Of a stretch of 64,000 nucleotides of DNA, positions 35,665 through 47,457 are shown piece by piece. The position numbers were made by a program, and so were the translations under genes. The stretch covers positions 49,840,928 to 49,904,927 of the forward strand of contig JARFYF010000001.1 of the NCBI GenBank assembly GCA_030265395.1, read 5' to 3'. Within the stretch, counting starts at the first letter, position 1, and the number at the start of each line of letters is the position of its first letter. This DNA comes from Rhina ancylostomus. Its lineage: Eukaryota. A model generated the notes under the pieces. That model saw nothing but the letters and a program-made list of their open reading frames with translations, did no database searches and was not told the origin of the DNA.

Positions 35665-35921
35665 TTTTTTTATCCAAAATAAACTTTATTCATAATAAAA
35701 GACAATCTATATACAATAATAAAACAGTGCAAGCCTTTACATTCTTGTACAGATCAATCATTAGTGTTAGCTTTTTATATTAAAAAAACACAGCACTTGT
35801 GTGGCNNNNNNNNNNATATTTACAAGAGTTAAGGAGTTTCCGTGCCTGACCCCACCCCTCCCACTCCAGTGGCAGAAGAACCCTAAACTGTAGTCCTTCC
35901 CCACTGAGCCCTTGCATTGGC
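35665..35921 (-). mobile_element. 5'-truncated L1/Tx1-type LINE 3' end with poly(A)
   Basis: Minus strand ends ORF AANARAQWGRTTV*, then AATAAA and poly(A); 12-bp TSD tgccagggaact at 35653-35664 and 35922-35933. Confidence 0.8.
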
Positions 35922-36334
35922 TGCCAGGGAACTGGAAGGTGTATTAACTCCCACAGTATCACAGATTAATATAGGTTTTAAAAGCCAGTCCCTTGTCCTG
36001 GAGAAACACAGTAACATCAGCCTAACTAGCTGCAGCTCAGGCTAAAGTGATTGCAGAATACAATTGTTGGGACCTGCTATCTTCTCAAGCTGGAGTCGGC
36101 CTCCCTACTGCAAGGATTATACTATATTGATTGCATCATGCACTGTTCTACAAGACTGGAAATGTATTCACAGTACCAGCCCAATAGAGAATGAAGGCAG
36201 CCCCTTATCTGCTGGATATCTGGGAAACGAGCTTGGCAGCGAGGCTAACGATAGCTTTGTGCAGGAACTCAATAGAGCTCCACGCACAACCACTGACTCC
36301 AACCCAACCAGCCAGAGGCTTCCTTCATCTACAA

Positions 36335-36500
36335 AGAGAAAATGCCAGAGGTACTCAGCAGGTCAGGCAGCAGCTGAAAGGTCATCAACCCAAAACATCG
36401 ACTGTTTCTCTCCCCACAGATGTTGCCCGCCCTGCAGAACATCTCCAGCACTGTATGGTTTTATTTCACATTTCCTACAACTGCAATTTTTTTTCTGCTT
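36335..36500. mobile_element. Fold-back Penelope-like element
   Basis: actcagcaggtcaggcagca...ctgaaaggtcatcaacccaaaacatcgac...ccacagatgttgcc. Confidence 0.6.
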
Positions 36501-36681
36501 TGAACTCCTAGTGTTCACTTCACCAAGGCTAATGAATTTATACCATACTTCATTATAGTAGCAGGCGTTATCACATCTCACACCTTCAACAACCTCCTGC
36601 TCTGTACATCACTCTGTATGACTCTGTCTCTGATCAGCTCTTCTGCCTCCTCTCTGTTGTGCTTACCCCCAAGTTCCACGA

Positions 36682-36965
36682 CAGGGCCATCCCTGGTAAT
36701 GAACAGGTTCCGTATTTTCAGACATCCGTAAGCCAGAAGACACAAAAATCACTCAATATGGTAACCGTACCTCTACAGTATTGTACCGACGGCACCAAAA
36801 GCACACAAGGCTGACAAGGAAGGACAATTACTAAAAGTGGAGAGAGAGGGGAAACTAGTTCTGCTGTTTGTAGGAACAAGTGCAAGTATGCCGGACTTTT
36901 GAATTTAATATTATGGGAGTTCCTTCTTCAGGAGGGGTGTCCATTAGTTGGGTGTCTATAGCTTG
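36682..36965 (-). mobile_element. Non-autonomous Tigger/pogo-like DNA transposon (MITE), copy 1
   Basis: Reverse complement of 36820-36925 aligns with 59560-59668 (tagtttcc.c.ctctctccacttttagtaattgt); starts with cagg..atccc, a TIR-like end. Confidence 0.6.
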
Positions 36966-36969
36966 TGCT

Positions 36970-37390
36970 CAGTGCCAGCCTCCCATCCTCCATCCTTGAC
37001 CGGCACCACCCCAGCCAAGTCCTTCATTTAGCAACACCTTGTAAAATTCTCCCCCTTGGGCTCAACACCCTCCATTATAACACTCCTCCTTGGCTAATCT
37101 CCTGCTGCCCCTTTACACAACCCACCAGCATCTCTGCAATTCATCACTAGCATCCTCAAGAGAAGAACACGTCGGTCTGGAAACTATAATTTCCTTCACT
37201 CTCAGGGCCGTGTCTCCAGCTGCCTTAAGGTCATGAATTCCCTCCCTAAACCTATCCACCTTCCTACTTTCCTTTATGACATCCTTCACCAAGCTCTTGG
37301 TCATATCCCTGTGGTTTGGGGTTGATAATTATCTGACAGTTCCTGTGGTGTGCCCTGGGACATTCAGAGCATTATATAAATGCAAGTTAC
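36970..37390 (+). mobile_element. L2-type LINE 3' end
   Basis: tgaattccctccctaaacct...ccaagctcttggtca...cattatataaatgcaagtt. Confidence 0.6.
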
Positions 37391-37396
37391 GGTAGT

Positions 37397-37700
37397 GGGC
37401 ACGGTAGTGTAGCGGTTAGCGTAACGCTTTACAGTGCCAGCAACCCGGGTTCAATTCCAGCCACTGTGTGCAAGGATTTTGTATGTTCTCCCCGTGTCTG
37501 CGTGGGTTTCCTCTGGGTGCTCCAGTTTCCTCCCACATTCCAAAGACCTATAGGTTAGGAAGTTGTGAGCGTGCTATGTTGGTGCCAGAAGCGTAGCGAC
37601 ACTTGCGGGCTGCCCCCAGAATACTCGACACAAAAGATGCATTTCACTGTGTTTCAATGTACATGTGACTAATAAAGAAATTTTATCTTATCTTATTTTA
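37397..37700 (+). mobile_element. Full-length V-SINE with alternative (Rex1-like) tail
   Basis: A and B boxes, V core, tail gtggcg-like acacttgcgggctgcccccag...aatgtacatgtgactaataaa(tctta)n. Confidence 0.9.
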
Positions 37701-39009
37701 TTGCAGCAGCCCTGGACAAGGATTGTAGGCAGCTGCTGATGAAATACTGTGACCGTTACTGCAGCTGAAGCGCTGGTAACATTCTGGTAACATTCCACCC
37801 ACATCTGACGATCACTGCTCCCGGAAGATTAACAATCAAGAACAGATATGAAGGACTCAAGCAGAAGTGGATACCACAGCACCACAGAACAGACTGTACT
37901 TATTGATAACTCGTTATTTGCTGCCCAATTCTGTTGAGTAGCCTGGCACAGAAAAGATTGGGAGCTGTTCCGCTCTTAGTTTTGCTCTAAGATTGGCAAG
38001 TGCGATTAAGTTGAAAAATAAACAGTTCTAACTGTAGAGTTAATGGGGTTTCCTATTTCTGTGGCACCCAACTGGTATAAAAATGGCTTTTCAAGATAAA
38101 GAGCCTTGCCATAACCTTACACTGGGATCCTCAAAAGACACACAGAATCAGAAACTGTAACAGACCAACAAAGTGCATTACAGCTGGGCCCTGGGTGAGT
38201 TTAATGTGAGGCCTCAATTGCACATAATTAGTGTGTGGCTCAGAGGAAATCAGATGGACAGCAGAATGGGGACAGGAAAGATTAAGACCACAAAGAACCT
38301 CCCTGCAAGTAAGAGGATGGCCTGGAATCCCTAGTAGTAGGGGCACAGTTAAACCGTCCCCTCTTAAAACCATAGCAGACCGCCACATTCCAGGTTGGGC
38401 TTACCTTGTTACCTGTGGACCAACCTTTCACAATCTCATCTGCACAATACACTTTTATCCAAAACTCAAGGTAACATCCGTCCACGCAGCCAATGTCCTC
38501 CACCCCGTGGGCATCATGTGAACNNNNNNNNNNNNNNNNNNNNNNNNNNNNNNNNNNNNNNNNNNNNNNNNNNNNNNNNNNNNNNNNNNNNNNNNNNNNN
38601 NNNNNNNNNNNNNNNNNNNNNNNAATGTCGATGTCTACCAATGATTGCACACTGTCCAACTTCATTCACAACTCCTCAGCAAATGAAACAGCCTAGGCCT
38701 GCATACAGTAAAACCTACAAACAGTCAGACATAAACTGACATGTGGCAATTGACATTCACATGATAAACACCAGATAACAACTATCACCAGTAGGAGAGA
38801 ATCTAACCATCCACCCTTGGCAATTAATGGAATGATAATTACTAAGTCACCCATCGTCAACATTCTGGGACAGCCAACACTGAGAAACTCAACTGGACCA
38901 GTCACTACATAAATACCCATTCTGCAGCGGGTGACTCACTTCCTGACACACCAAAACCTTTCCACCATCTATAAGACACAAGTCAGCAGTATGATGGAAT
39001 ACTCTCCAT

Positions 39010-40755
39010 TTTGTGTGGGGCAGATTGTGCCTCACGAGCCAAATTGAGGTTTTCGAGGAGGTGACCAAACAAATAGAAGAAGGTGGCACGGTGGATGTGG
39101 TGTACATCGACTTTAGTAAAGCATTTGACAAGTGGTAGGCTCATTCAGAAAGTCATGAGGCATGGGATCCATGGAGATTTGACTGTGTGGATTTGGAATT
39201 GGCTTGCCCATAGAAGCCAGAGAGTGGTGGTAGATGGAGCGCATTCTGCCTGGTGGTCAGTGACTAGTGGTGTTCCGCAGGGATATGTTCTGGGACCCCT
39301 GCTCTTTGTGAATTCTATAAATGACTTGGATGAGGAAGTTGAGGGCTGGGTTAGTAAGTTTGCAGATAACACAAAGGTAGAAGTTTTGTGGATAGTGGTA
39401 GGTTACAACAGAAGATAGACAGGATGCAGAGTTGGGTGGCGAAGTGGCAGACGGAGTTCAATCTGGAAGACTGAAGTGATACACTTTGGAAGAACGAACA
39501 TGAAAGCGGAGTACAAAGTTAATGGCAGGATTCCGAGCAGCGTGTAGGAACAGAGGAATCTTGGGGTCCAGGTCCATAGATCCCTCAAGGTTGCCGCTCA
39601 TGTAGATAGAGTGGTTAAGAAGGCATATGGTGTGCCGGCCTTCATCATTTGGGGGATTGAGTTCAAGAGCCATGAGGTAATGTTGCAGCTCTATAGAACT
39701 CTGGTTAGACCACATTTAGAGTATTGTGTTCATTTCTGGTCACCTCATTATAAAAAGGATGTGGAAGCTTTTGAGAGGGTGCAGAGGAGATTTACCAGGA
39801 TGCTGCCTGGATTAGAGAACAGGTCTTATGAGGAAAGGTTGAGTGAGCCAGGGCTTTTCTCTTTGGAGTGACGCAGGATGAGAGGCAACTTGACAGAGGT
39901 GTATAAGGTTATGAGAGGCATAGATAAAGTGGACAGCCAGCACCTTTTCCCCAGGGTGGCAATGGCCAATACCAGTTTAAGGTCAGAGTGTTATCCCGAT
40001 TTTAAGTTCCCACTCCTGCCTGCTGCAAAGTTACACAGTGCCACAGATTGATTCAGTAAAAATGTGTTTATTAGCAGTATACCGCCAGGGAGAAGTCTCG
40101 TCAACACTCGTTGAGAGTCATTATCCGAGGTCTCCACAGTACAAAGGAGCAGATAGTAAGTTATACAGACATTGTCACACACACTTAATGAATGCGGCTC
40201 TGTGAGTTTTGGCCAGGCTCCTGAGATCCAAAGACAGACATCACACTTATTATTCAGTGTAATTGATTTACAATCAAGAGATTCAAAGACAGGTATCACA
40301 TTCATTGTTTAGGACAAGCCTCCCACTTACTGTTTAATACAACCACCACCCTCATTGTTTAGTATAATCGGCTTGCAATCAAGTTCTGGACACAGGAATT
40401 GCCACCTAGTCCTGAGCCAGGGGTTTGCCCTTGTAATTTTTTTCATCAGTTATATGTACAGTCACAATTTCTTAACCCTTTACTTCCTCAAGAGGAGGAA
40501 TGTTCAGGGGAGATGTCAGAGGTTGCACAGAGAGTGGTGGGTGCCTGGAATGCACTGCCAGGGATGGTAGTGGCTGATACAATAGGGAAATTTAAAAGGC
40601 TCTTAGAAAGGCACAGGGAAGAAAGAAAAATGGAGGGTTATGGGCTGTGTGGGAAGGAAGAGGTAGATTGATCATGGAGGAGGTATTCACATAGTTCGGC
40701 ACAACACCATGGGGTGAAGGGCCTGTACTGTGCTAAACTGTTCTGTGTTCTGTAT
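39010..40755 (+). mobile_element. CR1 LINE ORF2 (RT) 3' half
   Basis: VDVVYIDFSKAFDK; VTSGVPQGYVLGPLLF; SKFADNTK; LYRTLVRPHLEYCVHFWSPHYKKD; 3' end gaagggcctgtactgtgct...(gttctgt). Confidence 0.95.
39989..40490 (-). mobile_element. Solo LTR (502 bp), ERV class I-like or Gypsy-like
   Basis: TG...CA termini; 4-bp TSD AGAG (39985-39988, 40491-40494); AATAAA on the minus strand near 40070; removing it restores CR1 continuity. Confidence 0.85.
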
Positions 40756-41234
40756 TTATCTGGATAGGTACAGCTTTGTTACCACTCAAGCAGTTCAGCA
40801 CCATCCTAGGCGAAGCTTGAGTAGTACTCCATCTATTACTTAAAACATTCATTGCCTCCACCACCAGCATACAGTGGCTACAATGTGTACCAGATACAAA
40901 ATGCATCCCAGTTACTCACCTAGACTGCTCCAACAGTGCCACCAAAAAGGGCAAAGACAGCTGGTGCATGGAAACATCATCTGCAGGTTCCTCCCACCAA
41001 CCACCCCCTCCAAGTCACTCACGGTTTTGAACTGGAAGTATATCAAAGGTCCTTCATCATCACAGAGTCTAAATTCTGGAACTCCTGACTCAACTTTCCT
41101 GTGGAGTACTTTCACCAGAAGAAATTCAGCATCCCAAGAAATGATGGATGTTCAATGCAGGCCTCGCCAGCATTGCCCAAACCTTAAAAATGAATTTAAA
41201 AAAGGCAAAAAAAATCATCACTAGGAAGCCCTGG

Positions 41235-41668
41235 TGAGGCACGATAGTGCAGCAGTTAGTGTAACACTATTACAGCGCCAACAACCTTGGTTCAATTCCC
41301 GCCGCTGTCTGTAAGGAGTTTGTACATCCTTCCTATGTCTGCATGGGTTTCCTCCGGGTGCTCTGGTTTCNNNNNNNNNNNNNNNNNNNNNNNNNNNNNN
41401 NNNNNNNNNNNNNNNNNNNNNNNNNNNNNNNNNNNNNNNNNNNNNNNNNNNNNNNNNNNNNNNNNNNNNNTGCATGGGTTTTCTTCAGGTGCTCTGGTTT
41501 CCTCCCACATTCCAATGACGTACAGGTTAGGAAGTTGTGGGCATGCTTTACAGGCGCCGGAAGCACGGCTACACTTGCGGGCTGTCCCCAGAACACTCCA
41601 CGCCAAATGATGCATTTCACTCTGTGTTTCGAGGTACTTGTGCCTAATAAAGAGAAAGATCTTGTATC
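41235..41668 (+). mobile_element. V-SINE with alternative tail, spanning a gap
   Basis: Same structure as 37397-37700. Confidence 0.85.
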
Positions 41669-42579
41669 CTGAAGGTGCATCCAACAAGGCGCCATGGCCT
41701 GGAAACTGACATGTGCACTGAAAGGTAGATTCTGGGTTTATCGAGCAGTCCACCAAAGTATTCCGGTCATGGCTTCACCACTGGTTTCAGGCATCGGGAG
41801 CTCCTTTCACTTTCTGCAGCGATTGCAAATGAAGATGCAGCTTCTGGATGGGATCTGAGGCAGAGGCGGTCAGGGAAGAGAGAGGATCAATGGTCGGGGG
41901 ATTGCTCATGAGCAGGAGGTTGTGGTAGTGGCTGGCCAGGGATTGGGACCTGGAGTGTGTTGAGGGAGCATGCAGACATTATCAGGGATTTGAGACAGTC
42001 AGGGTTCAGGATTTGACCTGATCAGGAGATTGGGAATGAGGTCAGGGTTGGTACAATGGTTGAAGAGGGCCAGAATAAGGGAGGAGAGTAGAGGGACTTA
42101 TCTGGATTGGGTCCGAGTCCTGGTTGCGGGAGCAATGGGCTTGATTTTCTGGGTAACCCTCTAAAAGGATGCCTGCGTGAGGAATGACATCAGTTGATAT
42201 GAACCTGATGATCAAAAAGCGATCTAAAGCACTTGAAGAAATTTACAGAGTGTTGCAATTTGACCCAGACGGGGTTGCAATAATTTTCCACTTCAGAGAT
42301 AAAATGGATTGTCAGAGATGTGGTGCTGATATAAGCAGTGCTGCACTTCCAAATTTCTAGACCCATATTTTCCCTTTGGGTACAAACACATTCATACATT
42401 GGAAGTTATGGGAGCAAGAATCTTTTCTGATTAACAAGTATTCTGCCTGCTGGGGAAAAGAAAAACTCTCATTGTGAATTTCACATCAGCACAATGTGCC
42501 CAGAGAATTTACACTTTTGAACTAAATTTCAATTCTATTTACTTTTATATTCTTTTCATGAAATTCATTTTGTGTAATT

Positions 42580-44450
42580 GATGAGAACAGAAATGGGCTA
42601 GTCAACCCCTTGAGCTTTTTTTATTTGGTTAGATCAAAGCTGAAATGTACCTGAATTCCATTTATCTGCCTTGGTTCCGTACTCCTTCATATTGTCAGTC
42701 TTAAATTTCAATTNNNNNNNNNNNNNNNNNNNNNNNNNNNNNNNNNNNNNNNNNNNNNNNNNNNNNNNNNNNNNNNNNNNNNNNNNNNNNNNNNNNNNNN
42801 NNNNNNNNNNNNNNNNNNNNNNNNNNNNNNNNNNNNNNNNNNNNNNNNNNNNNNNNNNNNNNNNNNNNNNNNNNNNNNNNNNNNNNNNNNNNNNNNNNNN
42901 NNNNNNNNNNNNNNNNNNNNNNNNNNNNNNNNNNNNNNNNNNNNNNNNNNNNNNNNNNNNNNNNNNNNNNNNNNNNNNNNNNNNNNNNNNNNNNNNNNNN
43001 NNNNNNNNNNNNNNNNNNNNNNNNNNNNNNNNNNNNNAAGTGGTGAAATGGCATTAATAGGACTGGTCTTCTGAGAGCTGGCAAAGATTTGATGGGCTGA
43101 ATGGCCTCCTATGACATTACGATAAATGATGTTAAACCAAAGGTGGTTTCTAATTTTACTCTTACGAAACTCATTCTAATTTAAAGTAATCCACTTTGTT
43201 CTGGATTCCCAGATCTAAAGAGTATTTTTCTGTATCTGTACTCTTAAAGCTGCTAACATTTTAAACACTCCAATACCCCAGTGATTTCCAAAGCTGAGGA
43301 AATACAAGGCATATTTGTGCAAGGTATCATCGTAGTTTAACCCTCTAATATTCTGGTGATTCTGCTCAAAACCTTACTTTACTCAAGTTCAAATTATCTT
43401 TTGAGCTTCAGTGACCAAAACTGAACCCAGAATTACCAGAGATCTGAACAAATGAACTGCTCAAGTTGCTCCCCATTATATTTAACTCTCCTTGAGGCAA
43501 AGGCCAATAATTTTATTAGATTTTGTACTTGTGAAGTAGGTTTTAATGATTTGAATAAATGGGCAGATAAATCCCTTTGGGCTTATTTGTGTTCCTTTAC
43601 AACTTACTGCTTCCATCCACATGGCTTACTGTTCTTTCTTAAATTAGATTCATCTTCAAGCTTGGTTCTACAACTATCTATTCCTTAACCTAGGTCATTG
43701 ATGTATATAGTGAAAAGCAGAGTCTTCAGTACAGTTCACTGGGAAACACTTGCTTCTTATATTGCACTAATCTGAGCGTGTGTGCTTCGTCCTAGCGCCT
43801 TGCCTTTTGCCTCACCAAAAAGGTATTAACCCATATTACAAAGATAATAGCATTTCCTGCATCTTCCTTTGCATCCTTTTTTGTGAAACCTTATCCATTG
43901 TCTTCTTGAGATCCAGACAGACAATATCTATATATGCCTCTCAATCGACCAATGTAATGACAACACCAAAAAGTTCAATTTGATTATTTGGGTATGATCA
44001 ACTCTTGACAAATTAACATGAAATTTTTGTTGATTAGTGTGTGATAAAGTTCTCGATCATTATTTCTCTGATAGTTTATTACAGGAACTTCTAACTGTAA
44101 AGTAAGAAATCTATAGCTCTTTGTTTTTTTTCTCTCTCTTAAACAATAAGGCAATAAATGAAAGTTTTCAATCTGAAGGCACAATTCCTGAATCTAGTGA
44201 GGATTGGAAAATTATGACCAACCCATCTCCAATTTTGTCGTTTATTGCTGTTAATAGCCTGGGGTGGATATCATCAGATCTTGGACAATAAAATACAATC
44301 TTATTGTATCTTGCATTACTTTTTCTAAACTTACATTAAATATTAAATCCAATAAATTTTTCTCCTTGAGTTATTTTAGGTTCCCAACTCTTGGTATTTT
44401 ATACTCTTCCTTGACTATGAAATTGGATAAAAAGTATTGATTTAATGATG
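42580..44450 (-). mobile_element. Very old CR1 remnant; small plus-strand CR1 tail at ~43040-43115
   Basis: gaccaaaactgaacccag, tgtgaaaccttatc..tgtcttcttgagatccagacagacaatatc (reverse of D.VYLD..KAFDKV.H). Confidence 0.55.
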
Positions 44451-44499
44451 AGTTGTAGGGATAAAATGGACAGAGAATTGACTTCAAATTCCAGTTGGG

Positions 44500-44790
44500 A
44501 AATTTAAATTCAGCTAATAACCATCTGTAATAATGACAAAAAAACTACAAAATGTAGTAAAAACTCATTTGGCCTTCAGAGGAAATCTGCCGTGCTCATA
44601 CCATTCAGCCTACATGTGAGTCCAGATTCGTCATTGTGGTTGACTGATAAATGACCCAGCAACCAGTTAGTTGTGCCATTTTACTGCTACAAAGCTACCC
44701 TCACCAGAAGGATTGCAGTAGTTCCAGGGGGCAACTTGCCACCACCTTCTCAAGGGCTATTAAGCATGAGCAATAAATGTTACACCTTAC
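44500..44790 (+). mobile_element. Ancient SINE with LINE family B-like tail
   Basis: ggaaatctgccgtgctcatacc...cctacatgtgagtccag...caccaccttctcaagggc...aataaatg; reverse copies at 45670-46200 and 60890-61250. Confidence 0.55.
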
Positions 44791-45669
44791 TGATTTCTTC
44801 CAGTAACTCCTCAACTGACAGTAAACAAAGCTGTTGTTTTCAGGAAAATAAATAAATTAAAACAAGACGACAAGGCTACTTCAACCTTCGTATCAATCTC
44901 AGTGTCTTTACATAAAACACCAAAGGAAATGTTTCGCCTCAATTTTTTTTTGAAACATTGTGAATGTTCCAAATGTTTATCCAGCTTTGCTCAGCTTGTA
45001 GGATGGAAACAATGTGAATTTTCCATGCGAAAGACAAACAACTAATAACTTTGATTTCCAGGACTGGGTGCATTTAATATTCACAGCTTGGTCCCAGTTT
45101 AGTTTCAGCTTGGTGCATTTTGCTTAGCAGTTTTAGCCACAAGACTGACAGGGCCCATGCTGATGAGTCCCAGGAGTTAAAACTTCCTGGGCTTCACATT
45201 GTCAAAGTCCAGATGCCTGCCGTCTGATTTGGCCTGAGTTTACATCAGGGCTTTTCTGTCAGAAGGGAGAGCCTGGTATTATCGAGACAGGCTCTTATTT
45301 TTGGTTTTGTGAATTAGAAGTAGTGCTGCAGTTTTGGTGATTGTTACAGAAAGCTATTAGTCTTTTTCGTTTTCTGATGGAGGATGTGTTCAGTGATTTG
45401 TCTCCTCTTTGTAAGATGGCTTATCTGTCTCAGAATATCTTACACTGATATAGATAAGGTGTTACAGTCGCAAATGCCCTTGACTGTTGCTGTAGAAGTT
45501 CACCAGGGCCTCTTCTAAGATAATAACTACTTTACGAGCATGGAAGAGGAACACTGCACACTTCCCACTGCCCACAACTCTTCCCATCCTCTCAAACTCC
45601 CTTGACCAACACCCAAGACTTGCAGCCCTGTATACAGAGGATCTTCACAGTCAGAGCAAAATCCTCCTC

Positions 45670-46200
45670 TATTCTTTTTCTTAACTTTGTTTTCTTGGAT
45701 CTGGACATCACTGGTAAGGGCAGTATTTATTACCTGTCCCTAACTGCCCCTGAGAAGGTGGGTGGTGAGTCAGCTTCTGGAACCACTGCAGTCCAAACAT
45801 AGCAGGTACATTCTAATGGAGCCTCACNNNNNNNNNNNNNNNNNNNNNNNNNNNNNNNNNNNNNNNNNNNNNNNNNNNNNNNNNNNNNNNNNNNNNNNNN
45901 NNNNNNNNNNNNNNNNNNNNNNNNNNNAACATAGCAGGTACATTCTAATGGAGCCTCACGAGACCACTTCATTCAACCACGGAGGTGAATCTGGAGTTGC
46001 ATATAGGCCAGATCAAGTAAGGATGGCAGATCTCCTTTCCTGAAGGGCATTTTGTGAATGAGGTAGATTTTTTACAATATTTATTATGAATGAAAAGTTT
46101 GTTTTTTTCCATTTCAGATTAACTTAATTTAAATTTCATCACTGCTATGGTGGGGGTTAAACTCGGGTGTCAGGACTGTCTGTCTAAACCTCTAGATAAA
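45670..46200 (-). mobile_element. Ancient SINE of the 44500-44790 family
   Basis: ctgcccctgagaaggtgggtgg; tctggagttgcatataggccagatcaagtaaggatggcagat. Confidence 0.6.
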
Positions 46201-46224
46201 TGCTCTGGTGAAATACAAAGGCTT

Positions 46225-46510
46225 GAGAGGACAAACCACCAGGCTCAAGAACAGTTCCTATCCCAGCGTTAGACTCTTGAACAGACCTCTTGTACGCTAA
46301 AAGATGAACTCTTGATCTTCCAATATATCTCATAATGGCCTTTGCACTTTATTTATCTACCTTCTCTGTACCTGTAATATTATATTCTACATTCTGTTTT
46401 CCTTTTTACTACCTCAGAGTACTTATGGAATGATATATCTGGATAGCACACAAACAAAAGATTTTCACTGTATTTCAGTACACGTAACAATAATATACCA
46501 ATGCCATATG
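46225..46510 (+). mobile_element. Rex1/Babar LINE 3' end
   Basis: accaccaggctcaagaacagttcctatccc (TTRLKNSSYP, cf. T.R...SF.P); tail cactgtatttcagtacacgtaacaataat. Confidence 0.7.
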
Positions 46511-47161
46511 CATTATTGTGCATCTTCTTTGTACCTACTATGTAATCTGCTCTTCCATCCACTGCTTGAAGCTGTTGCCCTTCAACTTCCCACTCTCACC
46601 CTTTTACTAGCTCCTCCAAGGTTTGAAATGCTGTTGCTATCCCAAGCATGGCAGGATAGCACAAATTTAGGGACAAGCTTTCAATCAACTTGAAGAAATC
46701 CAGAGCACAAATTGAGAACCTAAATACTGTAAAACCAAAGTGATGGACATCATGAAGGGAACAACATGTAGCTGGTGGAAGGTGAGAATGCAGATCTCGC
46801 ACATTGTCAACTGCTAGCATTATTATGTTCTTCTCTAATGCTCTGCTTCTGACCTATTCTCAAAAATGGACATATTCATCATTGCTCAAGCAGCATATAA
46901 ATTGTAATGCAAGCTTTGCTTGAAGCTGTCTAGAGAATCAAGTTTTCTTTCCTCAGTAACTTTTCTGATACATAGAAAAACATAAAATATGCTACTGTTC
47001 CTGGGCACCAAAGAAAGTAAGCTCAGTTTGCAGACCTTCAACAAACCAATGTAGATGCGCTCATTAGTGTGAGCTGAGGAGTGGCCTGTTTCATGGAAGG
47101 GAAATGGGCCACTTCCAAGTGAAGTGACTTCCAGACTAACTTTAAAGAAGAATGTTAATTT

Positions 47162-47163
<2 letters not shown>

Positions 47164-47236
<73 letters not shown>
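47164..47236 (+). repeat. (GT)n microsatellite
   Basis: Directly visible; runs into a gap. Confidence 0.98.
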
Positions 47237-47402
47237 NNNNNNNNNNNNNNNNNNNNNNNNNNNNNNNNNNNNNNNNNNNNNNNNNNNNNNNNNNNNNNNN
47301 NNNNNNNNNNNNNNNNNNNNNNNNNNNNNNNNNNNNNNNNNNNNNNNNNNNNNNNNNNNNNNNNNNNNNNNNNNNNNNNNNNNNNNNNNNNNNNNNNNNN
47401 NN

Positions 47403-47409
<7 letters not shown>

Positions 47410-47455
<46 letters not shown>
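47410..47455 (+). repeat. (TA)n microsatellite
   Basis: Directly visible. Confidence 0.98.

Positions 47456-47457
<2 letters not shown>

Larger units (their letters stand above)
38640..41205 (+). mobile_element. LINE family B 3' region, split by a CR1 insertion
   Basis: 38640-39010 (gagagaatctaaccatc...atggaatactctcca) resumes at ~40790 (agcaccatcc...aacattcattgcctccaccac); collinear with 14440-15200 in reverse. Confidence 0.75.

Noticed and set aside
41860-42150. G-rich patch with recurring gggatt/agggtt words
   Set aside because: No stable period; not a telomeric array or a definable repeat
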